Assembly: GCA_018221205.1 (NCBI GenBank)
Contig: JAAOYF010000015.1
Coordinates: forward strand, 1 to 42,172
Direction: 5' to 3'
Source: Candidatus Woesearchaeota archaeon
GTDB lineage: Archaea; Nanobdellota; Nanobdellia; Woesearchaeales; WJIZ01
Length of the DNA stretch: 42,172 bases
Each line of letters opens with the position of its first letter. Positions within the stretch are counted from its first letter, which is position 1. Shown piece by piece: positions 18,829-29,277 of the stretch. The notes under the pieces are model-generated. The model worked only from the letters and a program-made list of their open reading frames with translations, was not told where the DNA came from and searched no databases. The translations under genes and the position numbers were made by a program.

Positions 18829-19633
18829 ACCAAAAGTGGGAGTATATGGTATCACTGGTTGTGCAGGCTGCCAGCTCTCTATCATCTTCAATGAGGATGA
18901 GATCCTGGATATTGTTGATCTAGTGGAGTTGAGAGCGTTCCCTTTCATCAAAGAGGTCAATGCTGATGAGAAATTCGATTTCCTTTTTGTCGAAGGACTG
19001 GTGGCAGACAAAGGAGATTTGAAGACGATCAAGAAACTGCGGGAGAATTCAACTTTCCTGATTGCTTTGGGAGCGTGCGCCTGTACGGGATGCGTGCCTG
19101 CTTATCGAACATTTACCTTGAGAGAGAATTATGAGCATCTCTTGTACAAGAAGCAGCAGCATATCGAAGATGTGAAGCCTACTCCCATAGATGACCATGT
19201 CAAAGTCGATTATTATATACCAGGATGCCCTCCTGATAAGAAAGAGATAGTATCTTTCATCAAAGCAGTTGTCCAGGGCAAACAGCCGAGGCCTTTTGAA
19301 AGTCCGGTATGCGTCGAATGCAGACGGAACGGGAACGAATGCCTCTTAGAGAAGGGCAAGCCTTGTCTTGGTCCGATCACCATCGGAGGATGTGATAGCG
19401 TATGCATCAATGGAGGTTTTGAATGCTGGGGTTGCAGAGGGCCTACAAAAGACATGAACCTCGATGCGATGATCGCTCTTCTGAAGAGCAAAGGATTTGA
19501 CGAGAAATTCATCCAGGATCGGATGAGGACTTTTGTCGGTTTGAAGCTTCCTATGCTCGAGAAGGTCATGCAGAAAGGAAATATGGACAAATTAGTGCAG
19601 ATCGCGATAAACCATGGAAAAGATAACACTTAA
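18821..19633 (+). CDS. hydD: Group 3b hydrogenase delta (small) subunit
   Basis: 'TGCAGC', 'GACAC', 'PGCPP', 'VCVEC', 'CLGP' and 'CWGCRG'. Confidence 0.9.
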   Translation: MTKPKVGVYGITGCAGCQLSIIFNEDEILDIVDLVELRAFPFIKEVNADEKFDFLFVEGLVADKGDLKTIKKLRENSTFLIALGACACTGCVPAYRTFTLRENYEHLLYKKQQHIEDVKPTPIDDHVKVDYYIPGCPPDKKEIVSFIKAVVQGKQPRPFESPVCVECRRNGNECLLEKGKPCLGPITIGGCDSVCINGGFECWGCRGPTKDMNLDAMIALLKSKGFDEKFIQDRMRTFVGLKLPMLEKVMQKGNMDKLVQIAINHGKDNT

Positions 19634-20885
19634 CCACATCACGAAGATAGAAGGGCATGCTAAATTAGCTTTAGGCATCGAGAACGGAGAAGTGAAGCAG
19701 TGTGAACTGAGCTCTGTTGAAGGAAGCCGTTATTTTGAAGGCATAGTCCGAGGAAGGAGATTCAACGAAGCCAGTGAAATCACCTCTCGAATCTGCGGCA
19801 TCTGCAGCTGCGCACATGTCATCACATCAATACAGGCAATAGAGAATGCGCTGCACTATATACCGACTGAGCAGACAGAGACACTACGAGTATTGTTGAC
19901 GTTGTCAGAACGCATCCGGAGTCACGCAACACATCTTTATTTTTTGGCCTTGCCTGATTATACAGGTTATGAATCTGCATTGGCGATGGCCCCGAAGTTC
20001 AAGAAAGAGCTGAAGCAGGCATTGCGGCTGATGAAAATAGGAAACGGAATGATCAAGATCCTTGGAGGGAGAGATCTGCATCCTGTCTCTGCCACGGTCG
20101 GCGGTTGGTTAAGCCTGCCGACGCAGGAGGAGTTTGATACGATGGCAAGAGATCTGGAAAGTATAAAGGCAGATGCATCTGCCACTTGCGATCTTTTTTC
20201 CAATCTTACCTATCCTGATTTTGAGACCAAAGGAGAATGGTATTCTCTCGTGGATAAACACCATTATGCAGTGTTGCATGGAACGTTCAAATCCTTCAGC
20301 AGCTCATTCGAGAAAAAGCATTACCGCAAATTCGTCAAAGAATACCATGAAGAGCATTCTACTGCAAATTTTGTTGTAAAAGGAGATCATAGGTACATGG
20401 TAGGAGCATTGCCTCGGCTGAACAACAATCACCGGCAGCTCTCTTCTGATGCGAAAAAGATGCTGAAGCAGGCGAACATACCTATTCCGACCCTCAATCC
20501 TTTCTATAACAATATTGCCCAGGCTGTTGAACTGGTGCATTGCATAGATCATGCTATCGATATCTGCAGATCGATGAAAGTGAGGAAAGAAAGGGTGGAT
20601 AAAGTTGGCATGAGAGCAGGTACTGGAGTAGGCGCCATAGAGGTCCCCCGGGGAACGTTATGGCACGAATATACGTTAGATAAAAACGGCATGATCACGA
20701 ATGCAAACATCATCACTCCTACAGCACAGAATCTCCTGAATATGCAGGAAGACATCCGTGCTTTTGTCCCTCGATTGATGGATAAGAAGAAAGAAGATAT
20801 CGTCATTGAGATCGAGAAACTTATCAGAAGCTATGATCCTTGTTTCTCCTGCTCAGCTCATTTTTTAGAAGTGAAATGGCTATGA
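19614..20885 (+). CDS. hydA: Group 3b [NiFe]-hydrogenase large (alpha) subunit
   Basis: L1 motif 'SRICGICSCAH' and L2 motif 'RSYDPCFSCSAH', followed by a cleavable tail FLEVKWL. Confidence 0.95.
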   Translation: MEKITLNHITKIEGHAKLALGIENGEVKQCELSSVEGSRYFEGIVRGRRFNEASEITSRICGICSCAHVITSIQAIENALHYIPTEQTETLRVLLTLSERIRSHATHLYFLALPDYTGYESALAMAPKFKKELKQALRLMKIGNGMIKILGGRDLHPVSATVGGWLSLPTQEEFDTMARDLESIKADASATCDLFSNLTYPDFETKGEWYSLVDKHHYAVLHGTFKSFSSSFEKKHYRKFVKEYHEEHSTANFVVKGDHRYMVGALPRLNNNHRQLSSDAKKMLKQANIPIPTLNPFYNNIAQAVELVHCIDHAIDICRSMKVRKERVDKVGMRAGTGVGAIEVPRGTLWHEYTLDKNGMITNANIITPTAQNLLNMQEDIRAFVPRLMDKKKEDIVIEIEKLIRSYDPCFSCSAHFLEVKWL

Positions 20886-21238
20886 AGACTATCTATGTTT
20901 TTGGGAATGAGTTTCTGGCTGAGGATTCTTTTGCTCGGAAGACATCTGAATATCTCAATGATGTGCATCTTATACACTGCCGAAGCCCGGATGATCTTTT
21001 GGAAGCTGATGGTGAAATAACCATACTGGATGTGGTGAAGGGCATTGAGAAACCTATCATCATCACTGATGTCAATCAGCTGCAGACTAGAGATATCATC
21101 TCACTGCATGATTTTGATCTGAGCTTTTTCCTCACCCTGCTCCAGAATATGGGAATAGGGAAAAACATAAAAATCATCGGCATCCCTATGCAAGGAGATG
21201 CCCAGAAAATGGCTCAAGAGGTGGAAGCGTGTCTTTGA
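20882..21238 (+). CDS. Compact hydrogenase maturation protease-like protein
   Basis: 'IYVFGNEFLAED', 'ILDVV' and 'SLHD' match the GN..D / D / H pattern. ATGA-coupled to hydA. Confidence 0.7.
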   Translation: MKTIYVFGNEFLAEDSFARKTSEYLNDVHLIHCRSPDDLLEADGEITILDVVKGIEKPIIITDVNQLQTRDIISLHDFDLSFFLTLLQNMGIGKNIKIIGIPMQGDAQKMAQEVEACL

Positions 21239-22131
21239 ATAAAGGTCTGACATTGGTCTTATTTACTGCATTGATCTCAGGATTCTCCATATTCATCAAC
21301 AGTTTTGGTGTGAGGGGATTTGACAGCTCTGTGTTTACGTTTTCGAAAAACATTCTCGTCGCAGTGCTGCTTTTTGCCATCATCCTCGGCTTTAAAGAGT
21401 TCAGCCAGTTGAAATCATTGAAAAAGAAACAATGGTGGCAGCTTGCTTCGATCGGCCTTATCGGCGGGTCCATCCCCTTCCTTCTGTTCTTCAAAGGATT
21501 GCAGCTTTCTACTGGCACTACCTCTGCCTTTATCCATAAGACCTTGTTTGTCTTTGTCGCTATTTTCGCGATAATCTTCCTTAAGGAAAAATTATCTAAA
21601 GGGATATTTATCGGCGGCGCATTCCTCTTATTGGGAAATTATTTCTTGATCAGGCCTGATTTCAATCTTTCCCTGGGTCATGTCCTCATTCTTTTAGCTA
21701 CTCTCTTCTGGGCAGCTGAATATACTCTTTCGAAATATGTCTTGAAGGACTTATCGGGCACAACAGTTGCTTTCGGCAGGATGTTTTTTGGAAGTGTCTT
21801 TATCTTTGCTTTCCTTCTTGCTACAGGAAAAGCCTCTCTTGTTAGTTCGATGAGCGCTGCACAGTATGGGTGGATCGCTTTAACATCAGTTTTCCTCTTG
21901 CTGTATGTGTTTACCTTCTACAACGGACTCAAGAATGTCAATGTGACTACAGCCACATCAATCCTTTTGCTGGGAAGCCCGATCACAACAGCATTGGCCT
22001 GGGCGTTTAGAGGAGGAGCAGTAAGCTTGCTCCAGGCATTAGGAATGCTTCTTATCGTGACAGGGATTGTTTTCATCGTGTGGTACAATAAGATCATCTC
22101 ATATGGGACTCCTGCTCATGAAGGGTATTGA
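21229..22131 (+). CDS. DMT/EamA family transporter
   Basis: About 10 TM segments in two repeats, with 'AIIFLKEKLS'. Confidence 0.88.
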   Translation: MSLNKGLTLVLFTALISGFSIFINSFGVRGFDSSVFTFSKNILVAVLLFAIILGFKEFSQLKSLKKKQWWQLASIGLIGGSIPFLLFFKGLQLSTGTTSAFIHKTLFVFVAIFAIIFLKEKLSKGIFIGGAFLLLGNYFLIRPDFNLSLGHVLILLATLFWAAEYTLSKYVLKDLSGTTVAFGRMFFGSVFIFAFLLATGKASLVSSMSAAQYGWIALTSVFLLLYVFTFYNGLKNVNVTTATSILLLGSPITTALAWAFRGGAVSLLQALGMLLIVTGIVFIVWYNKIISYGTPAHEGY

Positions 22132-22822
22132 ACTTTGTCTCAGGTTTTCTTATATCACCAATAAACTGAGATTTTGCGGACCAGAGGAAGCACAGAAGCA
22201 TTTCTTAACGTATCTAGAGAATAAAGATAATACTTCGGAAGTGGAGGATTCTCTCGAGAAGTTTGAAGGATTATGGCCTTATCTGCATGCTATCGCTTCA
22301 AAGCACGGCCTTGATGAGTTCGACTATAAAGTCATTGAGGCCTATTGGATAGGAAATGAATTATTGGACAGTTTTTCTGATGATGATATGAAGAATATTG
22401 TTGTTGCTTTAATGAAAAGAGGATTGCCTAAAAGCATCGGCGAGTCTGTAATTAGCAAGATGCCTTCTGGATTCTTTCCTCATCATAATTTCAATGTCTT
22501 TTACGTTGGTGTGGGAAATATCACTGGAGCAGTTGAGGCTACTTTGCAGAATATGGACAATTGCCGTGTGGGTTGGGGAGAGGTTGTTGAAGTGGGAGAT
22601 TCTCTTATTGTCAAGACGCAATCTTTGAAGAAGGATGAGAAATTCTTTTTGAGTGAGGAAGAGACAAAGAACATCGTCTACCTCAAGGAGATGCTCCCTA
22701 CTGTAAAGAAAGGAGATATAGTTGCGTTGCACTGGGGATTTGCCCCTTATATCCTTACGTCTGAACAATTGGAGAATCTGAAGAGATATAATCAGAAGAT
22801 CATTGATGTTCTGAATTCTTGA
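22118..22822 (+). CDS. DUF6390-like protein
   Basis: 'RFSY..N.L.FCGP', 'FEGLWPYL', 'VIEAYWIGN', 'PHHNF.V', 'MDNCRVGWG' and a HypC-like tail 'GDIVALHWG'. Family assigned from memory. Confidence 0.7.
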   Translation: MKGIELCLRFSYITNKLRFCGPEEAQKHFLTYLENKDNTSEVEDSLEKFEGLWPYLHAIASKHGLDEFDYKVIEAYWIGNELLDSFSDDDMKNIVVALMKRGLPKSIGESVISKMPSGFFPHHNFNVFYVGVGNITGAVEATLQNMDNCRVGWGEVVEVGDSLIVKTQSLKKDEKFFLSEEETKNIVYLKEMLPTVKKGDIVALHWGFAPYILTSEQLENLKRYNQKIIDVLNS

Positions 22823-23024
22823 TGGCTTCTTGATACATCTTTAGGCTTGCTTCTGCCTCTTTTTGAGGGATCTTCTGCATCACAAAACCGCCCTGGATGA
22901 TGACATAGTCGCCTTCTTTAAAATCTCCTTCTAGAATTTTCCCCTCTCTTTTTTCCTCTCCATAATCAACTGTAGCAGTATCATCCTTGATGCTGACTAT
23001 CTTTCCGGGGACGGCGAGGCACAT
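22800..23024 (-). CDS. hypC: Hydrogenase maturation chaperone HypC
   Basis: 'MCLAVPGKIV' and 'GDYVIIQGGF'. Confidence 0.93.
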   Translation of the reverse strand: MCLAVPGKIVSIKDDTATVDYGEEKREGKILEGDFKEGDYVIIQGGFVMQKIPQKEAEASLKMYQEAIKNSEHQ

Positions 23025-23347
23025 CAGTCTATCACCACATTAAGGATCTTTATCTCTGTTCCATCTGTCAGTTCAGGAACGGCTTTGCATTTTGGGCATT
23101 CGATCATGAAGAAATCATGTCCTCTATCTAAGATAGTCGGTGGGCCTTCAAAGCCGCATTTGCATTTTACCATGGCTTTTCTTTCTTCATGGTTGATCTT
23201 CCAATCTATCATTCTTTCAAGGCATTCGATCAGTTCATGGCCAGGCACATGGGCCAACTGGCCTATCTCCAAGGAGATCTCTTTTACAGAGCCGTGTTTC
23301 ATGGCTTCGTCGATGATCCCTTTAGCGATTGCTGTTTCGTGTGACAT
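23024..23347 (-). CDS. hypA: Hydrogenase nickel chaperone HypA
   Basis: N-terminal 'SHE..IA..I', 'IGQLAHV', and Zn ligands 'CKCG' and 'CPKC'. Confidence 0.88.
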   Translation of the reverse strand: MSHETAIAKGIIDEAMKHGSVKEISLEIGQLAHVPGHELIECLERMIDWKINHEERKAMVKCKCGFEGPPTILDRGHDFFMIECPKCKAVPELTDGTEIKILNVVID

Positions 23348-23406
23348 AATGGTAAAGAAAAAGAAGAGGTATAATAAATTTACTTATTATCGATGCTGCA
23401 TGTCCC

Positions 23407-25044
23407 TTACATACCCATGCCCATATCTGGAGGCATTCCGCCCGGCATACCTGGGGGCATGGATGGCTTATTTCCTGATCCTGAGATGACGTCGTCAATC
23501 CTCAGAATCATCACAGCCACTTCAGCAGCTGAACTTACTGCCTGGGTCTTAATCCGCAACGGCTCAATGACTCCATTGCGCCATGCATCCATCGATTTCC
23601 CAGTAAAGACATTGATTCCAGACCATCTCTGGCCTTTATCGTGCTGTGCTTTCAGATCTGTGAGAACATCGATAGGATCCAATCCAGCATTCTCTGCCAA
23701 TGTCCGTGGAATGACTTCCATCGCATTAGCAAAAGCCTGAACTGCTAACTGCTCTCTGCCGGATAATGAACGGGCGAATTTTTGCAATCCTTTTGAAAGT
23801 TCCATCTCGGGTGAGCCTGCTCCTGCAACAATCTTGCCTTCTTCCAACGCTGCTGCGACATCGCCGATGGAGTCTTCGATCGCCCTTTTCACTTCATCGA
23901 CAACATGCTCTGTCCCTCCTCGTACAAGCAAGGTAACAGCTTTCGGATTCTTGCATCTCTGGATATAGGTCATGTCTTCATCGCCGACCTTCACCTGCTC
24001 TACCAATCCTGCTTTTCCAAGATCTGAACTGGAGAGATCTTTTATGCTGGAGACGATCTTTGCCCCGGTCGCTTTCACCAGCGCTTCTATATCGGATTTC
24101 TTAGCCCTTCTTACAGCGTAAATCTTCCTCTTCGCCAAGAAATGCTGTGCAATATCGTCGATGCCTTTCTGGCAGATCAAGACGTTTGCGCCTGAAGCGG
24201 CAATCTTGTCTACTTTGTCCCGGATCATCTTCTCTTCCTGATCTAAAAATGCCTGCAACTGATTTGGATTGGTGATCTGGATCTTTGCGTCAATCTCAGT
24301 ATTCTTGATCTCGACTGCCGCATCAATCAGAGCAATCTTAGCGTCGGTAATCTTAAGGGGCATCTCTGAGTGTACTCTTTCTTTATCTAAGACAACTCCC
24401 CGGATCAATTCGGATCTTTCGACAGCTCCGCCCACTTTCTTCTCGAGCTTGATATCATTTGTATTGACTTTGACACCATTATCTCTGTCGAAGATCGTCT
24501 TTACTGCCTGGACTGTCAGTTCAGCGAGCTTCTCTTTTGCATTTTCAGCCCCTTTACCGGTCATGGCAGTCATGGCTATTTTCCTTAGATTTGATTCATC
24601 TTTTTCTGAGACATCTTCTGCTATCTTATAGAGAATCTCTAAAGCCTTAGACTCTGCTAGCCTATATCCCCTTGCTATGACTGTGGGATGGACTTCCTTT
24701 TCGATAAGATCTTCAGCATTCTTGAGCAATTCTCCAGCCAGCACAACTGCGGTTGTGGTGCCATCTCCCACTTCAGCCTCTTGGGTCTTAGCAATCTCTA
24801 CCATCATCTTTGCTGCCGGATGCTCAATCTGCATCTCTTTCAATATCGTAACGCCATCATTCGTGACGATGACATCTCCCATAGAATCGACGATCATCTT
24901 GTCCATGCCTTTAGGGCCTAATGTTGTTCTCACAGTCTCAGCCACTAATTTAGCTGCCATGATATTGACTTTCTGAGCATTCCTTCCTGTAGAGCGTTGT
25001 GTGCCTTCAGGCAGTATAAACACGGGTTGAATTTGATTTGACAT
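23407..25044 (-). CDS. ths: Thermosome (group II chaperonin) subunit
   Basis: '[12 protein letters not shown]', 'TNDG', 'GDGTTT' and a GGM-like tail. Confidence 0.98.
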   Translation of the reverse strand: MSNQIQPVFILPEGTQRSTGRNAQKVNIMAAKLVAETVRTTLGPKGMDKMIVDSMGDVIVTNDGVTILKEMQIEHPAAKMMVEIAKTQEAEVGDGTTTAVVLAGELLKNAEDLIEKEVHPTVIARGYRLAESKALEILYKIAEDVSEKDESNLRKIAMTAMTGKGAENAKEKLAELTVQAVKTIFDRDNGVKVNTNDIKLEKKVGGAVERSELIRGVVLDKERVHSEMPLKITDAKIALIDAAVEIKNTEIDAKIQITNPNQLQAFLDQEEKMIRDKVDKIAASGANVLICQKGIDDIAQHFLAKRKIYAVRRAKKSDIEALVKATGAKIVSSIKDLSSSDLGKAGLVEQVKVGDEDMTYIQRCKNPKAVTLLVRGGTEHVVDEVKRAIEDSIGDVAAALEEGKIVAGAGSPEMELSKGLQKFARSLSGREQLAVQAFANAMEVIPRTLAENAGLDPIDVLTDLKAQHDKGQRWSGINVFTGKSMDAWRNGVIEPLRIKTQAVSSAAEVAVMILRIDDVISGSGNKPSMPPGMPGGMPPDMGMGM

Positions 25045-25111
25045 TTTACAATACCTCCAGTTATTCGTCTTTGTGAATAAATGGGCATTTATAAATATAT
25101 CGGGCTAAGAA

Positions 25112-26410
25112 TTATTTAGCCTTTATAAGCAACGCTCCTATTATAAAGACCACCAGACCCAGCAACAGTATACCTATGATGGTGTAGAGGAAATTCAGTC
25201 CAAGTGTGTCTCGAGGAGGTGATTTTGTCTGGGTTTTGTCCACCACTACAACCACTGATTCTTCCTCTTCTTCAAACACCTCATCAATACATCTCCGAAT
25301 ATCCAGATTTATCTTTTCAGTATCCTCTAGCCTTATCTCGTCCCTGAAAGCCCCTATATCGAGCGTGTAGCTTCCTGGAGAGGCATCTTCCACATTGATG
25401 GAGAAATGAGCAGTATATTCTGCATTGGCATCTGTTCCTGTCTCTAAATCGATCCTTCCATCCTTGAACTCTTCTTTATTTATGGCCAGTTCAGAATTCT
25501 CTACTGTTATCCTGATCTCTTCTTCTTCATCACTGCCAAGATTAAGGACAGTAACGTCCAACTCTGTCTTTCTTTCACAGCCGAGGAAAGGGTTACTTAA
25601 GTCTGCCTTACTGATCACTACATTGTGAGATTCTTTGTCTACATTGAGGACAAACCTCTTCACGAGCCTGTGTTTTCGGCCTATTTCATCCTCTCCTTCG
25701 ATCTCGATGATGATAGTATAGTCTCCCTCGTCAATCTTTATCGGTACATCAAAGTCAAGCTTGAACAGTTCATCATTGCCTGCTTTGATGTCTTCTTCAC
25801 TTGTCTCGTCATCAACATCATCGTCATCATCAAAGTCCATTATAGTGATCTCCATGACAACGTCCTCTATCTCAAGATCCTTGAATGTGTTCTCTACTTC
25901 GACATCAAAATCTAGCCTATCACCAGGCTCAGCATCTCTGTCTATATCATATCCATCTGCTTTTTCGTGCAGGTTTTTATCGGTCTTTGATCCTACTTGT
26001 ACATCAATATCTGTAAACCTCAGCATTGATTCATTGCAGATGACATCAAGTTCCACTGTCTTAGAGTCTTCCGGACTGTCTTTGTCTTCATAGAGCGCCA
26101 CATCAATTATATAGGTGCCGTGCTGGAGTGATTCATCTGTCTCTATAATCACTTCAAGGGAAAGACCATCTCCAGGCTCTAATGTTATAGATCCTCCATC
26201 AAATTCCTCAAAGAAAAGACCAAGCTCAGGATCAACTGCAGTTATCCTCACTCCTTTTGCTATCGATGCTGTCGCCTCATTCTCAACATGGATTGTCAGC
26301 ACCGTAGACTCGCCGCAGTGCAATGAGTCAACATCTGTATCAGTTATGGTAAGCGCAGAAGCAGAAACTGCGAACAAACTGAATAAGAATAATAGTAAGA
26401 TTTTTTTCAT
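25112..26410 (-). CDS. Secreted acidic Ig-like (CARDB-like) repeat surface protein with C-terminal TM anchor; putative S-layer component
   Basis: Signal peptide MKKILLLFLFSLFAVSASA, three beta-sandwich-like repeats, a C-terminal TM segment and a GGTGA RBS. Confidence 0.7.
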   Translation of the reverse strand: MKKILLLFLFSLFAVSASALTITDTDVDSLHCGESTVLTIHVENEATASIAKGVRITAVDPELGLFFEEFDGGSITLEPGDGLSLEVIIETDESLQHGTYIIDVALYEDKDSPEDSKTVELDVICNESMLRFTDIDVQVGSKTDKNLHEKADGYDIDRDAEPGDRLDFDVEVENTFKDLEIEDVVMEITIMDFDDDDDVDDETSEEDIKAGNDELFKLDFDVPIKIDEGDYTIIIEIEGEDEIGRKHRLVKRFVLNVDKESHNVVISKADLSNPFLGCERKTELDVTVLNLGSDEEEEIRITVENSELAINKEEFKDGRIDLETGTDANAEYTAHFSINVEDASPGSYTLDIGAFRDEIRLEDTEKINLDIRRCIDEVFEEEEESVVVVVDKTQTKSPPRDTLGLNFLYTIIGILLLGLVVFIIGALLIKAK

Positions 26411-26535
26411 ATGAATCACCCTACTGCATTTAGAATTCCATAATATATAAACGTTACCATTTTAAAGTGATAGGACTTATTCTCTATGTCATGAAAGCAA
26501 TAATTTTAAATAGATGTTAGCGAAGAAAAACATCT

Positions 26536-27732
26536 ATGGATGATCTAAAAGTTGAGGAATTAGCGAAGAAATTATTCAGCAACGGACTTGCTGCTTCTTT
26601 ATGGGATGCGAAAGAGAAAGCCCGGACCATTCTAGGATTATCAGCGAGGAAGATCAGTGAAGGTGATCAGCCTTTGAAGAAACTTGTGGAAGATGCAGAT
26701 AAACTTCCTAAGGAAGGGGCTGTTTTGAAAGAGGGCCCTGAAGACAGCGTCACCATCACTCCAGATATTCAAACGCACACATCTGAGCCGCAAGAGCCAG
26801 TTCGGGAAGCTCCTGAAGAACCGGAAGTGCAGGAGGAGACTCAGGCAGAACCGATCCAGGAAACAACTCCTGAAGAACCGGAAGTGCAAGAAGAAAGCCC
26901 AGTGGAGACAATGCCTGAGATTGAACCAGTCCAAGAAGCTACACCTGAGCCATCTCAAGAAACAACTCCTGAGATACAGGAAGAAACTCTTCAAGAAGCT
27001 CCGGAAATCCAAGAACCTGTTATAGAAGAAACTGCAGTCCAAGAGGAAAGTCCAGTTCAAGAAACAACTCCCGAGATACAGGAGCCTATGGAAACAACTT
27101 CAGAAACCGAACAAGAAACCCAGACAGAACCTGAGATTCAAGAAGAGCATCTATCTGAAGCAACTCCTGAGATCGAAGAAGCCCAAGAACCAGTGCAAGA
27201 GGAAATTCCAGAGATTCAAGAAGAAGTCCAAGAGTCTGTTGCAGAGCCAGTCCAGGAAGCAGTTTCAGAACAAGTTCAGGAATCCATCTCTCAAGAACCA
27301 GTGCAGGAGCCTGAGACCGCTGCAGAACCTGAGGAAAACGAGCAGGCAGAACCCAAAGAAGAATCCAGCGAAGCAGTTGAGGACCAACCAATTGAAGCAG
27401 AAGAGAGCCCTGAGACCGAAGAAGTCCAGGAAGAAGTTGAAGAAGAGATCGATCATGCTGTCGAGGAAGTGACTGAAGAAGAAGCGCCTGGAGTGCTCAT
27501 CAGCGAGGAAGAGAGTCCTGAAGCAGAGGCTATAACTGGTGAGTCAAAAGAAGAGCCTGAGGAAGAACCTGAGCCTGTTGAAGAGCCTGCAACCGAGGAG
27601 CCAGAAGATGTCCCTGAGACTGAAGAAAGCACTGAAGAAGCAGCTGAATCCGAGGATAGTATAAATGATTCTGATATCACCATCGATGAAAGCCCTACTC
27701 TTGATGATATGGACAAGAGCAATAACATTTAA
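26536..27732 (+). CDS. Highly acidic low-complexity protein with PE(I/V)QE repeats
   Basis: Short folded N-terminus followed by about 300 aa rich in E/P/Q/T. TTTTAAA TATA-like box upstream. Confidence 0.8.
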   Translation: MDDLKVEELAKKLFSNGLAASLWDAKEKARTILGLSARKISEGDQPLKKLVEDADKLPKEGAVLKEGPEDSVTITPDIQTHTSEPQEPVREAPEEPEVQEETQAEPIQETTPEEPEVQEESPVETMPEIEPVQEATPEPSQETTPEIQEETLQEAPEIQEPVIEETAVQEESPVQETTPEIQEPMETTSETEQETQTEPEIQEEHLSEATPEIEEAQEPVQEEIPEIQEEVQESVAEPVQEAVSEQVQESISQEPVQEPETAAEPEENEQAEPKEESSEAVEDQPIEAEESPETEEVQEEVEEEIDHAVEEVTEEEAPGVLISEEESPEAEAITGESKEEPEEEPEPVEEPATEEPEDVPETEESTEEAAESEDSINDSDITIDESPTLDDMDKSNNI

Positions 27733-27756
27733 AAACAAACTGACTTCTCATCAACT

Positions 27757-29277
27757 ATGCGAAAAGTCATCATAGTCATCCGTGATGGATGGGGTTATCG
27801 AAAAGAGAGTTCTGATAATGCTATAGCATCAACTGCAACGCCAGTTGCAAATGAACTGATGAAGAACTATCCGAACGTTTTATTGGATGCGTCAGGGAAG
27901 TATGTCGGCCTGCCGCAAGGATACCAAGGAAACTCAGAAGTAGGGCATATGACGATCGGCTCTGGAAGGATCATCTATCAGATGCTTGTCCGGATCGACA
28001 AATCCATTGAGTCTGGTGATTTTTTCAAGATACAGGAATTCTTGGATGCGATAGAGAATTGCAAGAAGCATAACACTGCGCTACATATCATCGGCCTGTT
28101 GCAGACTCAGGGCGTACATAGTCACATCAAGCATCTTTTTGCGCTGCTTGATCTCTGCAAGCAACAGGATTTCACTAACGTCTATGTGCATGCAGTCACT
28201 GATGGAAGAGATGCTCCAGTCCATGAGAGCAAGAAGCATATCAGTTCATTGCTTGAGAAATTCAAAGATGTGGGTTTTGGAAAGATAGCGACACTCTCAG
28301 GAAGATATTATACTATGGATAGAGATAAGAGATGGGACCGTACAAAAAAGAGCTATGATTGCATCGTCAACGCAGAAGCAGAAGCAGACTTTGATGATGT
28401 CTTGCGACAGGTCCAGACCTGCCACGATAATGATGAAACAGATGAATTCATCAAGCCGAGGAAAGCAGACTGGTATGAAGGAATGAAGCCGAATGATTCA
28501 ATCATATTCTCTAATTACCGCACTGACAGGCCGAGACAACTGACCAAGGCTATTATCGAACAGGAGTTTGACGGCTGGGAACGAAAACCGTTAGATGTCT
28601 TCTATGTCAGTATGACGCAATTCTACAGACCGATGAACTGTAAGGTGGCCTTTAAAGATGTGAAATATACTAATCTTTTGGGAGAGGTCATCAGCAAGCA
28701 TGGGTTGAAGCAATTCCGTACGAGCGAGACTGAGAAATATGCCCATGTCACTTTTTTCTTCAACGGCCAGCAGGAAAAACCTTTTGAGGGGGAGGACAGA
28801 AAGATGATCTCTTCACCAAAAGTCGCTACCTATGATCTCCAACCTGAGATGAGCCTGTTTGAAGTGACTGATAATCTCTTGAACCAAATCAATTCAGGAA
28901 CGTATGATCTCATTGTCGTCAACTTTGCCAATCCTGATATGGTGGGACATACAGGTGTTATCGAAGCGATAAAAAAAGCAGTAGCAGATGTTGATAGCTG
29001 TGTCGGGAAGACTGCTGAAGCCGGACTAGCAAATGATTATACACTCATCGTCTTCGCGGACCATGGCAACGCAGAAGACCAAACTCCTGAATGGAGGACA
29101 TCTCATACGATCAATCCAGTCCCTTGCATCCTTGTATCAAAAGAAGAGGCGTTACAGAAAGCTACCTTAAAGGAAGGGAAAGGGCTGCAGGATATCGCTC
29201 CTACTGTGCTTGATCTGATGGATATCGACAAGCCAGAAGAAATGACTGGTGAAAGTTTTATTCAAAAGCAAGAGTAG
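27757..29277 (+). CDS. gpmI: 2,3-bisphosphoglycerate-independent phosphoglycerate mutase
   Basis: 'DGWG', 'GNSEVGH', 'TDGRD', 'ETEKYAHVTFFFNG', 'NPDMVGHTG' and 'ADHGN'. Confidence 0.97.
   Translation: MRKVIIVIRDGWGYRKESSDNAIASTATPVANELMKNYPNVLLDASGKYVGLPQGYQGNSEVGHMTIGSGRIIYQMLVRIDKSIESGDFFKIQEFLDAIENCKKHNTALHIIGLLQTQGVHSHIKHLFALLDLCKQQDFTNVYVHAVTDGRDAPVHESKKHISSLLEKFKDVGFGKIATLSGRYYTMDRDKRWDRTKKSYDCIVNAEAEADFDDVLRQVQTCHDNDETDEFIKPRKADWYEGMKPNDSIIFSNYRTDRPRQLTKAIIEQEFDGWERKPLDVFYVSMTQFYRPMNCKVAFKDVKYTNLLGEVISKHGLKQFRTSETEKYAHVTFFFNGQQEKPFEGEDRKMISSPKVATYDLQPEMSLFEVTDNLLNQINSGTYDLIVVNFANPDMVGHTGVIEAIKKAVADVDSCVGKTAEAGLANDYTLIVFADHGNAEDQTPEWRTSHTINPVPCILVSKEEALQKATLKEGKGLQDIAPTVLDLMDIDKPEEMTGESFIQKQE

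Noticed and set aside
19614..20885. Selenocysteine or stop-codon recoding in the hydrogenase
   Set aside because: L2 is DPCFSC with ordinary Cys codons, and genes throughout the window end normally at TGA, TAA or TAG.
26641..27738. F/L/S-rich antisense ORFs here and at 33971-34701
   Set aside because: These are shadow frames of Glu/Lys-rich low-complexity genes.
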